From NCBI GenBank assembly GCA_044869265.1, contig JBIOXD010000005.1, positions 4,684 through 68,683 of the forward strand: DNA of 64,000 bases, written 5' to 3'. Below the pieces are notes generated by a model. That model was not told where the DNA came from, ran no database searches, and worked only from the letters and a program-made list of their open reading frames with translations. This document shows positions 17,637 to 27,680 of the stretch, piece by piece. Every line of letters begins with the position of its first letter. Positions within the stretch are counted from its first letter, which is position 1. The position numbers and the translations under genes were made by a program. This stretch comes from Gemmatimonadales bacterium. GTDB taxonomy: Bacteria > Gemmatimonadota > Gemmatimonadetes > Gemmatimonadales > GWC2-71-9.

Positions 17637-18405
17637 CCGTCGGAGTGTTGGACAGTCGGACTGGCACCTGCTGATTGATCCGGTGGGACGATCGGGCGAC
17701 TACAACATGTCGACCGATGTTGATCTCCTCGTCGAGTCTGCGCGAACGGGCGCTCGGTACCTGCGTTTATACCGGTGGGATCCGCCCGCACTCTCGGTCG
17801 GTCGCAATCAACCATTCAGCGCCGCTGCCCATCCGGACGTCGCTGTTGTGCGGCGGCCAACCGGTGGGAAGGCAGTTTGGCACGAGCATGAGGTCACGTA
17901 CGCGGTGGCGGCGCCAATTGCAGCGTTTGGTTCGCTTCGAAAGGCCTACTGCGAAATCCACACCCGGCTTGTCCGAGCCCTGCGGTCGTTGGGTGTCGAA
18001 GCGCATCTGGCCTCGCACCGTCCGACAGTCCGACCCCTTCGCTCTGCTCAGGGCTGGCTGTCCGACGGTCCGGCTTCTTGCTTCGCAACGTCCGTAGGCG
18101 GGGAGATCCTGGTCGGTGGCCGGAAGCTCGTGGGGTCCGCCCAGGTGCGACGGGGCGATGCTTTCCTGCAGCATGGCTCCATTCTCCTGGCGGGATCTCA
18201 GCAAAAGGTGGCTGCCGACACCGGGGAAACGACACTCGACGCGGTGCTCGGCCGAGCTGTGACGTTCGACGAAATCACGACGGCCATTATCGAAAATTGG
18301 GACGCGAGTTTCAGACCCTCCAACCGTCAGATCCCTTTGCCTCGCTCAGGGCAAGCAGTCGGCCCGCCAGACGGGCGGTCGGTTGCATCCATCGCCCCGG
18401 GGTGA
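17569..18405 (+). CDS. Lipoate-protein ligase / octanoyltransferase family protein (BPL_LplA_LipB domain)
   Basis: [23 protein letters not shown]...[18 protein letters not shown]...[10 protein letters not shown]. The only canonical in-frame start upstream of the conserved WHLLID strand is the ATG at 17569, a 68-nt overlap with gcvP. The ATG at 17707 would truncate the domain. Confidence 0.8.
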   Translation: MRRSAIGTWYAPVRRWRRTLLSDRRSVGQSDWHLLIDPVGRSGDYNMSTDVDLLVESARTGARYLRLYRWDPPALSVGRNQPFSAAAHPDVAVVRRPTGGKAVWHEHEVTYAVAAPIAAFGSLRKAYCEIHTRLVRALRSLGVEAHLASHRPTVRPLRSAQGWLSDGPASCFATSVGGEILVGGRKLVGSAQVRRGDAFLQHGSILLAGSQQKVAADTGETTLDAVLGRAVTFDEITTAIIENWDASFRPSNRQIPLPRSGQAVGPPDGRSVASIAPG

Positions 18406-18406
18406 A

Positions 18407-20077
18407 ATGTTAACCGCCATGCCCAGGCGCTATGAGTTGCTCTCCATCCTCCTTATCGTCGCCGCGCTCGGTGCATGCGAGCGCCGCAAGCTTTGCACGG
18501 CCCCCGACTGCGGAACTCTCGTCGACGCCGCCATTGGTGAGCCCGCCACGCTCCTGCCGGCATCAACGGAAGACATCACCGCGCGCGACGTGGCCGAGCA
18601 GCTGTTCTTGAAGCTGGCGGACGTGGGGATGTCCCTGAATACGGTGGGCGACGAGGATTTTCAGCCTGTACTCGCACAGCGATGGGAGTGGGACGGTCCT
18701 TCCACGCTCGTCTTTCACATCGACCCGCGCGCACGCTGGCACGATGGGCAGCCGGTCACCGCGGTCGACGTCGCGTTCACGTTCGATGCCTACACGGACT
18801 CCGCTGTCGCGTCGCCCTTTCGCGCGCAGCTCCGGCGCATCTCCAGCGTCACCGCCCGCGACTCTCTGACGGCCGTGTTCCGTTTCCGCGAGCGCTACCC
18901 GGAAATGTTCTACGACGCCGTATACCACATGCGCGTGCTGCCGGCGCATCTGCTGCGGTCGGTTCCGCGCGACCAGTGGCGGACGGCGCCGTTCGGCCGC
19001 CAGCCCATCGGCGACGGCCCGTACCGCTTCGTGAGCTGGCAGGCCGGGCAGGCCATCGAGCTGCAATCCGACACGACGTTTTTCCTCGCCCGGCCGGGAA
19101 TTCGCCGGTTGATTTGGCGCTTTACACCAGATCCCGGTGTGGCCGTGACGCAGCTGGTCGCCGATCAGGCGGATGTGCGCGAACAGCTGATCACCCCCGA
19201 GCTCATCGAGCGAGCCCGTGGGGCGCAGCAGGTCAAGCTGTACCCCTACCCGGGGAACACCTACACCTATGTCTCGTTCAACTTGCGGGCCAACGGCGAC
19301 ACGGCGAAACCGCATCCCATCTTCAGCGAGCGCGAGGTCCGGCGGGCGCTGACGATGGCGGTGGACCGGGCAAGCCTGGTGAAGAGCACGCTGGGCGACG
19401 TCGGCAGGGTGCCACCTGGACCGATGTCTTCGCTGCTCTGGATCTGGGATCCGGAAATCCGCCAACTCCCCTACGACACGGCGCAGGCGTCGCGGCAGCT
19501 GAACGCCCGCGGCTGGCGCGATCACGATAGCGACGGCATGCGCGACCGCGATGGACAACCGCTCACGTTCCGCATCGTCGTGCCCTCGACGAGCCAGCTG
19601 CGTCGTCAGTACGCGCGATTGCTGCAGGAGCAGTTCCGGCGCATCGGTGTCCAGGTCGAGATTGATGAGCTCGATCCGCGTGCCCTTACCCAGCGACTCG
19701 TCAGCGGAAACTTCGACGCGGCCATCCTGTCGCGGTCCAACGACCCGTCTCCGAGCTCCGGGATCTCGCAGACGTGGACGAGTGCAGGGATCGGCGGCTC
19801 GAACTACGGCCGTTACAGCAGCCCCGAGTTCGACCGGCTCGTGGATCGCGCGATCGCGGCGCAGTCGCGCGACCAATCCAAGCAGCTGTGGCGCGCGGCG
19901 ATCGAAACGATCAACGCCGATGCTCCCGCCATTTTTCTCTACGCACTCGGCAACGTGGCGGGCATCCACAACCGGGTCGACAACGTGCAGATTCGCCCCG
20001 ATTCCTGGGCGTCGCTGCTGCGCACCTGGCGCATCCCTCACGACCGGCAGATCGACCGAGACCGCGTGGAGCGATAG
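18407..20077 (+). CDS. ABC transporter substrate-binding lipoprotein, family 5 (peptide/nickel)
   Basis: Start moved to MLTAMPRRYELLSILLIVAALGAC (lipobox). SBP_bac_5-like throughout. Confidence 0.9.
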   Translation: MLTAMPRRYELLSILLIVAALGACERRKLCTAPDCGTLVDAAIGEPATLLPASTEDITARDVAEQLFLKLADVGMSLNTVGDEDFQPVLAQRWEWDGPSTLVFHIDPRARWHDGQPVTAVDVAFTFDAYTDSAVASPFRAQLRRISSVTARDSLTAVFRFRERYPEMFYDAVYHMRVLPAHLLRSVPRDQWRTAPFGRQPIGDGPYRFVSWQAGQAIELQSDTTFFLARPGIRRLIWRFTPDPGVAVTQLVADQADVREQLITPELIERARGAQQVKLYPYPGNTYTYVSFNLRANGDTAKPHPIFSEREVRRALTMAVDRASLVKSTLGDVGRVPPGPMSSLLWIWDPEIRQLPYDTAQASRQLNARGWRDHDSDGMRDRDGQPLTFRIVVPSTSQLRRQYARLLQEQFRRIGVQVEIDELDPRALTQRLVSGNFDAAILSRSNDPSPSSGISQTWTSAGIGGSNYGRYSSPEFDRLVDRAIAAQSRDQSKQLWRAAIETINADAPAIFLYALGNVAGIHNRVDNVQIRPDSWASLLRTWRIPHDRQIDRDRVER

Positions 20078-21076
20078 ATGATGGCGTGGCTGCTGCGGCG
20101 CCTCGTGGCGTCCGTTGCCATCATTTTCGCGGTTGTCACCTTTGTCTTCGTCCTGATTCACCTCGCCCCGGGGGAGCCCTGCTTCGCGGGCGGGGAAAAC
20201 TTCACCGACCCCGAGATTTGCCGGCTCCTGGTTCGTCAATTCGGTCTCGACCAGCCGATTCTCGTCCAGTACTGGCGTTATCTGGTGGAGCTCGTACAGG
20301 GCAATCTCGGCTACTCGTTCGCGCTGCATCGTCCGGTGGGCGACGCGATCGCCGATGCGGTGCCCTTCACCCTGCAGCTCGCCGGCACCGCGCTGTTACT
20401 CGACTTCACGCTCGGCCTCGGACTGGGCATCTACCAGGCCCTGCGCGCGAACCGCCTGCCGGATGTCGTGCTGGGCAACGCCACGCTGTTCGTCTACTCG
20501 CTGCCGACGTTCTGGCTCGCGCTGATCCTGCTGTTGCTGTTCGGCGAGAAGCTGCGCCTCTTTCCGGTGGGCGGAGCGAGCGATCCGATTCTCTGCCCGA
20601 CGGTCGATTCACTCTATTGCCTGATCGATCGCATCTGGCATCTGGCGCTTCCCGCCGCCACCCTGGGTCTCGTCGGCGCCGCCGGCACGGCGCGATTTCA
20701 GCGGGCCGCGATGCTGGAGATCGCCCAGCAAGACTTCGTGCGCACCGCGCGCGCCAAAGGGCTGCCGGAACCCCGCGTGGTGCTCCGCCACCAGCTCCGC
20801 AACGCGCTGCTGTCCTTTATCACCCGGTTCGGTCTGACCTTTCCGTTCCTCCTGACCGGCGCGGTCCTGGTCGAGACGATCTTTGCGCTGCCGGGCATGG
20901 GGCGGCTCACGGTCGATGCGATTCTGCAACGCGATTACGCCGTCGTCACGGCCACCGCGCTGATAGCCAGCGCCATGGTCGTGACGGGCAGCTTGATCGC
21001 CGACATCCTCCTCGCCCTCGCCGATCCACGGATCCGGGTGCACGAGGATCGTGCCCTCGACATCGCAACGGCATGA
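20078..21076 (+). CDS. ABC transporter permease (OppB/DppB-like)
   Basis: Multi-TM protein with the EAA-loop region FVRTARAKGL. Confidence 0.9.
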   Translation: MMAWLLRRLVASVAIIFAVVTFVFVLIHLAPGEPCFAGGENFTDPEICRLLVRQFGLDQPILVQYWRYLVELVQGNLGYSFALHRPVGDAIADAVPFTLQLAGTALLLDFTLGLGLGIYQALRANRLPDVVLGNATLFVYSLPTFWLALILLLLFGEKLRLFPVGGASDPILCPTVDSLYCLIDRIWHLALPAATLGLVGAAGTARFQRAAMLEIAQQDFVRTARAKGLPEPRVVLRHQLRNALLSFITRFGLTFPFLLTGAVLVETIFALPGMGRLTVDAILQRDYAVVTATALIASAMVVTGSLIADILLALADPRIRVHEDRALDIATA

Positions 21077-21999
21077 CGTTCGCCTCCTGGCTCGCCCTCG
21101 TGATCGCGATCGTGGTCGCGGCGGAGACCGTGCGCTGGCTGCGCCAGCGGGCGCTGTCAAATGAGCATTGGCGGCGCTTCTTCCGGCATCCCACGGCGGC
21201 CTGGGGCTGCGGCATCCTGACGTTTCTCGTGATCATCGCGATCGCCGCGCCGCTGGTCGCGCCGCTCGATCCCGTCGTGCAACCCGATCCCGTCCGCCTG
21301 CAGAACCATCCGCCCTCACTGACATTCCTGATGGGGACCGATGTCTTCAGTCGCGACGTGTGGAGCCGGTTCGCGTACGGCGCGCGCATTTCGCTCGGCA
21401 TCGGCGCGCTCGGCGCGTTGATCGCGGTCGCGCTCGGCTCGCTCGTTGGCGCGGTCGCGGGCTATTATCGCCGTTGGGTCGACGGTATGCTGATGCGCCT
21501 GGTCGACATCGGCCTCGCCCTTCCCCGCATTTTCATCCTGCTCATGGCCGTCGCCTTGTGGGACCGCCTGCCGTTCGCGTGGCTGGCGTTCGTCATTGGG
21601 CTCACGTCGTGGTTCGGCACCAGCCGCCTGGTTCGCGCGGAAGTGCTCGGGCTGCGCGAGCGAGAGTTCGTCGTGGCGGCGCGCGCTCTGGGCGCGCGCT
21701 CCAGCCGCGTTATCTTTGGCCACGTTCTGCCCAATGCCGCGGCGCCGATCATCGTGTCGGCCGCCCTCAGCGTCGGGAACGTGCTTCTGCTCGAGGCGTC
21801 CTTGTCTTTCCTCGGCATCGGCGTGGCCCCCCCGCGGCCCAGTTGGGGCAACATGATCGCGGACGGCGCGCTGAGCCTGTACACCGCGCCCTGGACCACA
21901 CTCTTTGCGGGCCTCGCCATTTCTTTGGTCGTCATGTCACTGAACGCCGTCGCCGACGGGTTGCGGGATGCTCTCGATCCGCGTGAGGAAAGCTCCTGA
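21073..21999 (+). CDS. ABC transporter permease (OppC/DppC-like)
   Basis: C-terminal part of track ORF 19774..21999, start at [10 protein letters not shown] (ATGA overlap). Contains [11 protein letters not shown]. Confidence 0.9.
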   Translation: MTFASWLALVIAIVVAAETVRWLRQRALSNEHWRRFFRHPTAAWGCGILTFLVIIAIAAPLVAPLDPVVQPDPVRLQNHPPSLTFLMGTDVFSRDVWSRFAYGARISLGIGALGALIAVALGSLVGAVAGYYRRWVDGMLMRLVDIGLALPRIFILLMAVALWDRLPFAWLAFVIGLTSWFGTSRLVRAEVLGLREREFVVAARALGARSSRVIFGHVLPNAAAPIIVSAALSVGNVLLLEASLSFLGIGVAPPRPSWGNMIADGALSLYTAPWTTLFAGLAISLVVMSLNAVADGLRDALDPREESS

Positions 22000-22004
22000 A
22001 CGCC

Positions 22005-22997
22005 TTGCTCCGCGTGCGCGATCTCAAGACCTATTTCGTCACCGAGCACGGACGCGGCACGGCGCGCGCCGTCGACGAGGTATCCTTCGACCTGTATCCC
22101 GGCGAGACGCTGGGCATCGTGGGGGAGTCGGGCTGCGGCAAGACGGTCACTTCCCTGTCGATCCTGCGGCTCGTACCCGAGCCACCCGGCCACATCCTCC
22201 CGGGCTCGCTCATCGAATTCGAGGGCCGGAATCTCCTGGCGATTGCGCCGCGCGAGCTGCGGAGCATTCGCGGCAATCAGATCGCGATGATCTTCCAGGA
22301 GCCCATGACGTCGCTGAACCCCGTCTTCACCGTAGGGGACCAGATCGCGGAAGCGGCAATCATCCACCAGCGCCTCTCGCGTGGAGCCGCGCGGGCGCGG
22401 GCCATCGAGATGCTCAAGCTGGTTGGCATCCCCGATCCGGAGCAGCGTGTGGACGATTACCCGCACCAGCTCTCGGGAGGAATGCGCCAGCGCGTGATGA
22501 TCGCGATGGCCCTCGTCTGCCATCCCAAGGTCCTCATCGCGGACGAGCCGACCACCGCGCTCGATGTGACGATTCAGGCTCAGATTCTCGAGCTGCTCGA
22601 CCGGTTGCAAAAAGAGCTCGGGATGGCCGTGTTGCTCATTACTCATGACCTGGGCGTCGTCGCCGGCCACACCGACCGAGTGGTGGTGATGTACGCGGGA
22701 CGCGTCGTGGAGACGGCGCCCACGACGGAGCTGTTCGAGCACCCCACGCATCCGTACACGGAAGGGCTGCTCGCGGCGGTGCCGCGCGTGAATGCGCCGC
22801 GCTCGCGCCTGCATGCCATACCGGGTCAGGTGCCCGCGGCGACTGCCTGGCCGGTCGGGTGCCGATTCCATCCGCGCTGTCCCTATGCCTGGGACAAATG
22901 CGTCGGCCAGGAACCGCCGCTCCTGGACGCCGGGGACGGCCACACCGCGCGCTGCTGGCTCGTGACCGAACCGGAACGCCGTCAAGGAACACGATGA
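22005..22997 (+). CDS. ABC transporter ATP-binding protein (OppD/DppD-like)
   Basis: [27 protein letters not shown] and the C-terminal oligopeptide ATPase Cys motif. Confidence 0.9.
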   Translation: MLRVRDLKTYFVTEHGRGTARAVDEVSFDLYPGETLGIVGESGCGKTVTSLSILRLVPEPPGHILPGSLIEFEGRNLLAIAPRELRSIRGNQIAMIFQEPMTSLNPVFTVGDQIAEAAIIHQRLSRGAARARAIEMLKLVGIPDPEQRVDDYPHQLSGGMRQRVMIAMALVCHPKVLIADEPTTALDVTIQAQILELLDRLQKELGMAVLLITHDLGVVAGHTDRVVVMYAGRVVETAPTTELFEHPTHPYTEGLLAAVPRVNAPRSRLHAIPGQVPAATAWPVGCRFHPRCPYAWDKCVGQEPPLLDAGDGHTARCWLVTEPERRQGTR

Positions 22998-24013
22998 GCA
23001 CGTCCGGCCCGGGCTCCAGGCCCCAGGCCCCAGGCCCGTTGGTCGACGTGCGCGACCTGGTCAAGCACTACGCCAGCGAGCGCCGCTGGTTCGGCCTGGG
23101 CCGGCCACGCGCGCCGGTGCGTGCCGTGGACGGCGTGTCGTTCACGATACCGTCCGGACAAACCCTCGGGCTGGTCGGCGAGTCTGGTTCGGGTAAAACA
23201 ACGGTGGGCCGCACGCTGCTGCGGCTGCAGGAAGCCACGAGCGGCGCAGTGCTGTTTGAAGGGGTCGACGTATTCGCGCTCGACGCCCCGCGGTTGCGCG
23301 CGCTGCGCCGCCGCATGCAGATCGTCTTTCAAGATCCGTACAGCTCGCTGAATCCGCGTATGACCGTGCAGGAAACGCTTCAGGAGCCGCTCGAGATTCA
23401 TGGCTTAGCGGGGACGGTCACCGCGTTGCTGGACGAGGTTGGACTCGACGCCGCATTCGCGAACCGCTACCCGCACGAACTGTCGGGAGGCCAGCGCCAG
23501 CGCGTCGGCATCGCGCGCGCGCTCTCGGTCGAGCCGCGGTTCGTCGTCTGCGACGAGCCCGTCAGCGCGCTCGACGTCTCGGTCCAGGCTCAGGTCCTGA
23601 ACCTACTGGCCGACCTCCAGGCGCGGCGCCGTCTCACGTACCTGTTCATCGCGCACGATCTCGCCGTGGTGCGGCACATCGCCGACGAAGTCGCGGTCAT
23701 GTATCTCGGGAAGATCGTCGAGCGTGCGCCTGCCGCGGAGATCTATGCGATGCCGCGGCATCCGTACACGCGTGCCTTGCTGTCAGCCGTGCCCGAGCCC
23801 GATCCCCGCGCAACGAAGACTCGCATCGTGCTCAGCGGCGACATGCCATCGCCGGCGACGCCGCCGCCCGGATGTCCCTTTCACCCGCGCTGCCCGCACC
23901 CCCTGAAGAGTGACCGATGCCGCGTTGAAGTGCCGCCGTTGAGGGAGGTGCCGGGCGGGAGTAGGCACCTCGCAGCGTGTCACTATGCTGAGCAGCCCAT
24001 GGAAGGCGGCTAG
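22994..24013 (+). CDS. ABC transporter ATP-binding protein (OppF/DppF-like)
   Basis: Start at MSTSGPG (ATGA overlap). [28 protein letters not shown]. Confidence 0.9.
   Translation: MSTSGPGSRPQAPGPLVDVRDLVKHYASERRWFGLGRPRAPVRAVDGVSFTIPSGQTLGLVGESGSGKTTVGRTLLRLQEATSGAVLFEGVDVFALDAPRLRALRRRMQIVFQDPYSSLNPRMTVQETLQEPLEIHGLAGTVTALLDEVGLDAAFANRYPHELSGGQRQRVGIARALSVEPRFVVCDEPVSALDVSVQAQVLNLLADLQARRRLTYLFIAHDLAVVRHIADEVAVMYLGKIVERAPAAEIYAMPRHPYTRALLSAVPEPDPRATKTRIVLSGDMPSPATPPPGCPFHPRCPHPLKSDRCRVEVPPLREVPGGSRHLAACHYAEQPMEGG
23016..23036. repeat. CCAGGCC heptamer x3 at the 5' end of the oppF-like CDS
   Basis: ccaggcc ccaggcc ccaggcc, perfect copies, encoding part of SRPQAPGP. Confidence 0.75.
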
Positions 24014-24024
24014 CGTCTTGGGAA

Positions 24025-25368
24025 TTAGCGGATACTGCCCATCAGCTTTCTGATCTGCGGCGTCAACACCAACAAGATTACGGACGCCGCGATCGTCACC
24101 AGCGCCACCCGACCGAACAGGTCCGGCAGCGGCAATCGATCGAAGAATCCCGCTACCCACCCGGCAAGCTTATTGCCCACCGCAATAGACAGGAACCAGA
24201 GACCCATCATCGCGCCGGCGATTCGGTATGGGGCAAGCTTGGTGACGATCGACAGACCCACTGGACTCAGGCACAGCTCACCGATCGTGTGCACGAAATA
24301 GACGCCGACGAGCCACCAGGGACTCACGAGCACGCCCTGCCCCTGCGCCATCTTCGCGGCCGGCACGAGGATCGCGAATCCCAGCCCGGCAAGGAGGAGT
24401 CCGAACGCGAACTTTACCGGGCTCGAGGGCTGGCGCGGGCCGAGCCGGATCCACAACCAGGCGAGCAACGGCGCCAGCCCGAAGATCATGAACATCGAGT
24501 TCAGGGACTGAAACCATGTGGACGGGAAGCTGAAGCCGAACATATGGGTGTCCGTCAGCCGGTCCGCAAACAGATTGAGACTCGAGCCTGCCTGCTCGAA
24601 CGCCGCCCAGAAAATTGTCGAGAACACGAACAGCACCGCGATGGCGACCACGCGTTTCCATTCGTCCGGCGTAAAGTGCCACCATGGCTCCGTGCTCGCG
24701 GCCGCTGCGGGCCGGGTTTCGGATTGCCCCAGCCGTTCGAGCGCCGGAAGGAGTCGGCGTTTGCCCGCGACGTACTGAATCAAGCCCAGTGTCATGCCGA
24801 TACCGGCGCACCCGAAGCCGATGTGCCAATCGACGCGTTGCCCCAGCGTGCCGACGATCAGCGGGGCCAGAAACGCCCCCAGATTGATCCCCATGTAGAA
24901 GATCGAGAAGCCCGCGTCGCGCCGCGCATCGGCTGGGTCGTACAGCGATCCGACCAGCGTGCTGACGTTGGGCTTCAGCAGGCCGGTCCCGATGACGATC
25001 AGCACCAGACCGAGGTAGAACGTCGTGAGCGACGGAAAAGCCATGCTGAAATGGCCCAGCGCAATGATGATTCCACCCCACAGGACGCTGCGATACTGGC
25101 CGAGCCAGCGGTCGGCGATGATGCCGCCGGGGATGGCCGCCGCGTAGACGCCGAAGGTGTACCAGCCGTAGATCGATGCCGCGCGCTCGGTGGAAAATCC
25201 GAGCCCGCCGCTCGCCGCCGCCGCCGTCATGTAGAGAATCAGGAGTGCACGGAGGCCGTAGAAGCTGAAGCGCTCCCACATTTCCGTGAAAAACAGCGTC
25301 GAAAGCCCGCGCGGATGACCGAACCAGCCGCGATCGGTCAGCGAGCTATAGGCAGCCGGTTGCGTCAT
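24025..25368 (-). CDS. POT/PTR2 family proton-dependent peptide transporter
   Basis: Start moved to MTQPAAYS. The [21 protein letters not shown] signature is typical of DtpT-like transporters. Confidence 0.9.
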   Translation of the reverse strand: MTQPAAYSSLTDRGWFGHPRGLSTLFFTEMWERFSFYGLRALLILYMTAAAASGGLGFSTERAASIYGWYTFGVYAAAIPGGIIADRWLGQYRSVLWGGIIIALGHFSMAFPSLTTFYLGLVLIVIGTGLLKPNVSTLVGSLYDPADARRDAGFSIFYMGINLGAFLAPLIVGTLGQRVDWHIGFGCAGIGMTLGLIQYVAGKRRLLPALERLGQSETRPAAAASTEPWWHFTPDEWKRVVAIAVLFVFSTIFWAAFEQAGSSLNLFADRLTDTHMFGFSFPSTWFQSLNSMFMIFGLAPLLAWLWIRLGPRQPSSPVKFAFGLLLAGLGFAILVPAAKMAQGQGVLVSPWWLVGVYFVHTIGELCLSPVGLSIVTKLAPYRIAGAMMGLWFLSIAVGNKLAGWVAGFFDRLPLPDLFGRVALVTIAASVILLVLTPQIRKLMGSIR

Positions 25369-25378
25369 GCCGGTCCTT

Positions 25379-25774
25379 TCAATCGAAGAGGTCGTCCTGT
25401 TGCGCGGGGTCGGGATGTTCGGACGGTCGGAGCAGCGCCCCCATCCGCGCTTCCCACTTTTCGACGTCGAAGTGGTGCTCGTTCTGAAGCGCGCGGCGGA
25501 GCACGGGTGAGAACTCGTGGAACGCTTCCAGCAGCTCGCGCGTCGCTTCACGGAGCGATTCCAGCCGGAAACTGTCGTCGGTTGCGCCCATGTCTTCCAG
25601 GATGCTCTGCTCCGTGCGCGACGCGACGATCGGCTCCGCCTGGCCCTCGATGAAGACGTTGGTCCGTTGCCCCGGACCGCGCCCTTCCTCGATCGGCATC
25701 AACCCGAGAATGCGGTCTGAGCGCCAGTACTTTCCATATCCCAGAAAGACCATGCGGCCGCGTTTCACGTCCAT
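25379..25774 (-). CDS. Hypothetical protein (weak RemA/DUF370-like N-terminus)
   Basis: Start moved to [30 protein letters not shown], which loosely parallels RemA INIGFGN..ANR...IVSPE. No firm assignment. Confidence 0.5.
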   Translation of the reverse strand: MDVKRGRMVFLGYGKYWRSDRILGLMPIEEGRGPGQRTNVFIEGQAEPIVASRTEQSILEDMGATDDSFRLESLREATRELLEAFHEFSPVLRRALQNEHHFDVEKWEARMGALLRPSEHPDPAQQDDLFD

Positions 25775-25786
25775 GAGACCTCCAGC

Positions 25787-25873
25787 GTGCGCCGTGCGCC
25801 GTGAGCCGTGAGCCGTGAGCCGGACCGCACAGCGGGGCAGATTCCCGGCGCACGGCTTACGGCGCACGGCGAC
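25787..25873. repeat. Heptamer-arm hairpin element (GTGMGCC family), copy 2
   Basis: Left arm gtgcgcc x2 plus gtgagcc x3 (25787-821). Right arm ggcgcac ggcttac ggcgcac ggcgac (25848-73). The right arm overlaps the last codons and TAA of the DUF1028 gene. Confidence 0.8.
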
Positions 25874-26867
25874 CGCTTTTTCTGTTCTTGCGAATATCAT
25901 CCAGCACCACCCGGTCAATCTTCCCATCCATTCTCACGCGCACGTCGTAGTTCTCCCAGTACATGAAATTCGCGAGCGCGGTGAGGAACGCCTCGTTCAG
26001 CGACGGCTGCGGCGCGGCTAGCCACTTTTGCGGCTGGTTTTTCGGCTCGGCGACGAGGATGGCTTCCAACTCCCGCTGCAGGGCCGGCGTGATCGCGATC
26101 AGATCGGCGGAATCGGTTGTGAAGAAGTAGAGTTTGTGCAGCTCATACAGTCGCTGCAGCTCCTTGATAGGGTCGGGGGCGTCGTAGACCCGAATGTCGA
26201 TGTAGCGATCGGTGGTGCCCAGGTAGCCCGCGTTGGCACGGACGACGAGCAGCGCTGCCGACTGCATCCCACGCTTGTCGCCGCCCCCTGCCTGCCCCGC
26301 CACGAGCGCCGCAAGCAAACGATCGGCCAGCGACCCCCGCGCCCGCTCGAACGTCTCGGCCATGTTCCGGACGGTGGCATCCGAGACCATGATGTTGGCC
26401 TGGGCCGCGTAATTGCGGCCGGTGATCATTTTGCCTTTGCCGCCCGTCTGCCCATCCGTCCCGCCGCCCGTGCGCCCACCCGCCCAGTCGAACGTCGAAT
26501 CCCCCGTCCAGCTCGCTGCATTGCCACGCGCATCCACCATGCCGACCTGTCGCTGTGATGGGCGCTCATCCCCGCGCATGATGACGCGCATCGCTTCCGG
26601 CGCCGTCGCGCCGCGCGCAATGAGCTCGAGTCCCTTTTCGCCATAGTCCGTGTTGCTGAGCGATTGCGTCGCGACGGCGCCGACGCCGGCGCGCGCCCAC
26701 GGGACGAGACCGCCGACATTCGGGAATTTCGATTGCACCGCAACGCCGAGGTCGCCGGTGACGGAATCGTAGGCGACGATGCTGTAGGTGTGAGCGCGTT
26801 TCAGAAAATCAGGTGGGGGAGGCTGTGGAGGCTGCTGGAGGTGCTGCAGCAGAACTAACAGGAGCAC
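25857..26867 (-). CDS. DUF1028 family (Ntn-hydrolase-like) protein with a C-terminal helical domain
   Basis: HTYSIVAYDSVTGDLGVAVQSKFPNVG matches the DUF1028 N-terminal signature. Confidence 0.8.
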   Translation of the reverse strand: MLLLVLLQHLQQPPQPPPPDFLKRAHTYSIVAYDSVTGDLGVAVQSKFPNVGGLVPWARAGVGAVATQSLSNTDYGEKGLELIARGATAPEAMRVIMRGDERPSQRQVGMVDARGNAASWTGDSTFDWAGGRTGGGTDGQTGGKGKMITGRNYAAQANIMVSDATVRNMAETFERARGSLADRLLAALVAGQAGGGDKRGMQSAALLVVRANAGYLGTTDRYIDIRVYDAPDPIKELQRLYELHKLYFFTTDSADLIAITPALQRELEAILVAEPKNQPQKWLAAPQPSLNEAFLTALANFMYWENYDVRVRMDGKIDRVVLDDIRKNRKSGRRAP

Positions 26868-26872
26868 GGTCG

Positions 26873-27442
26873 CTAGTCCTTTCTCATTTTCTTCTTGAGC
26901 TCCTCGAGCTGTCGCGTCGCCTCCGCCTCACGCGCGGCACGGTCCATGTCGGACTTGAGCAGCTCGTCCTGAAGATCCATTCCAGGACGCGCCCCGCCCG
27001 CACTTTGTACGTCACGCCACGCCCGCTCGGAGCTGCGGTCCCCTTCCATCACCGGCCGGTCTCGCTCGGCGCTCGTGAGCTGCGCTTGCATATCCTCCAA
27101 CTCGCGCTCGGCCAGCGCGAGCTCTTCACGCTGCGCGGCCAGCTTTCGCTCGAGCACTGCGACGCGTTCGCGATGCTTGGCGGTGAAGCGCTCGGCTACT
27201 GCAACGGTTTCGTGATCCTGGATCTCGCCCGCAAGCCGGCCGCGCCGCTCAGCATCCGCAAGGCGCTGGCGTTCCAGTGCGAGCTCTCGGTCAGTACGGG
27301 CGACGGCATCCGCGATTTCGCCGACGGCGACTTTGGCGTCGACGACGGCTTCACGCATCTGGCGCGCGAGCGCGCGCAGGTCGGCAGGACCTGCGGCCGC
27401 ATCCAGGGCAGCGCGGAACGCGTCCCGCAGGCGCTCGAACAA
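26873..27442 (-). CDS. PspA/IM30-like coiled-coil protein
   Basis: Track ORF 26873..27538 overlaps the upstream gene. The TTG at 27442 is preceded by aaaaaggggggg and gives MFERLRDAFRAALDAAAGPADL, parallel to PspA [22 protein letters not shown]. Confidence 0.6.
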   Translation of the reverse strand: MFERLRDAFRAALDAAAGPADLRALARQMREAVVDAKVAVGEIADAVARTDRELALERQRLADAERRGRLAGEIQDHETVAVAERFTAKHRERVAVLERKLAAQREELALAERELEDMQAQLTSAERDRPVMEGDRSSERAWRDVQSAGGARPGMDLQDELLKSDMDRAAREAEATRQLEELKKKMRKD

Positions 27443-27462
27443 GGCCCCCCCTTTTTCCTCGC

Positions 27463-27627
27463 TCAGCTCTTCCGGATCGTCTTCGCGAAGAACGGGGAGA
27501 GAACGGGTTCGACGGCGCGCGACGAGCACTTGGGGCACACCGGACGGCGCGAGCCATGCTGGGCCATCGACTCCGTGCGCGCGAAGTGCTCGTCACACTT
27601 CGTACAGCGATACTCGTAGAGGGGCAT
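27463..27627 (-). CDS. FmdB family zinc-ribbon protein
   Basis: MPLYEYRCTKCDEHF...CPKCSS is the classic FmdB/CxxC-CxxC small protein. Internal start of track ORF 27463..27897. Confidence 0.75.
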   Translation of the reverse strand: MPLYEYRCTKCDEHFARTESMAQHGSRRPVCPKCSSRAVEPVLSPFFAKTIRKS

Positions 27628-27680
27628 AGTGTAGGAAACTCTATTCCACGGGAAAACCACGGTCAAGTTGACGCATTTCC

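Noticed and set aside
16434-25653. Large antisense ORFs (16434..17540 -, 18563..20329 -, 21465..22985 -, 24289..25653 +, 19774..21072 part of the 741-aa ORF)
   Set aside because: Each lies opposite, or upstream in frame of, a gene with unambiguous family motifs (gcvP, ABC transporter genes, POT). No recognisable motifs are present, and the composition is dominated by Arg/Gly/Ala/Pro.
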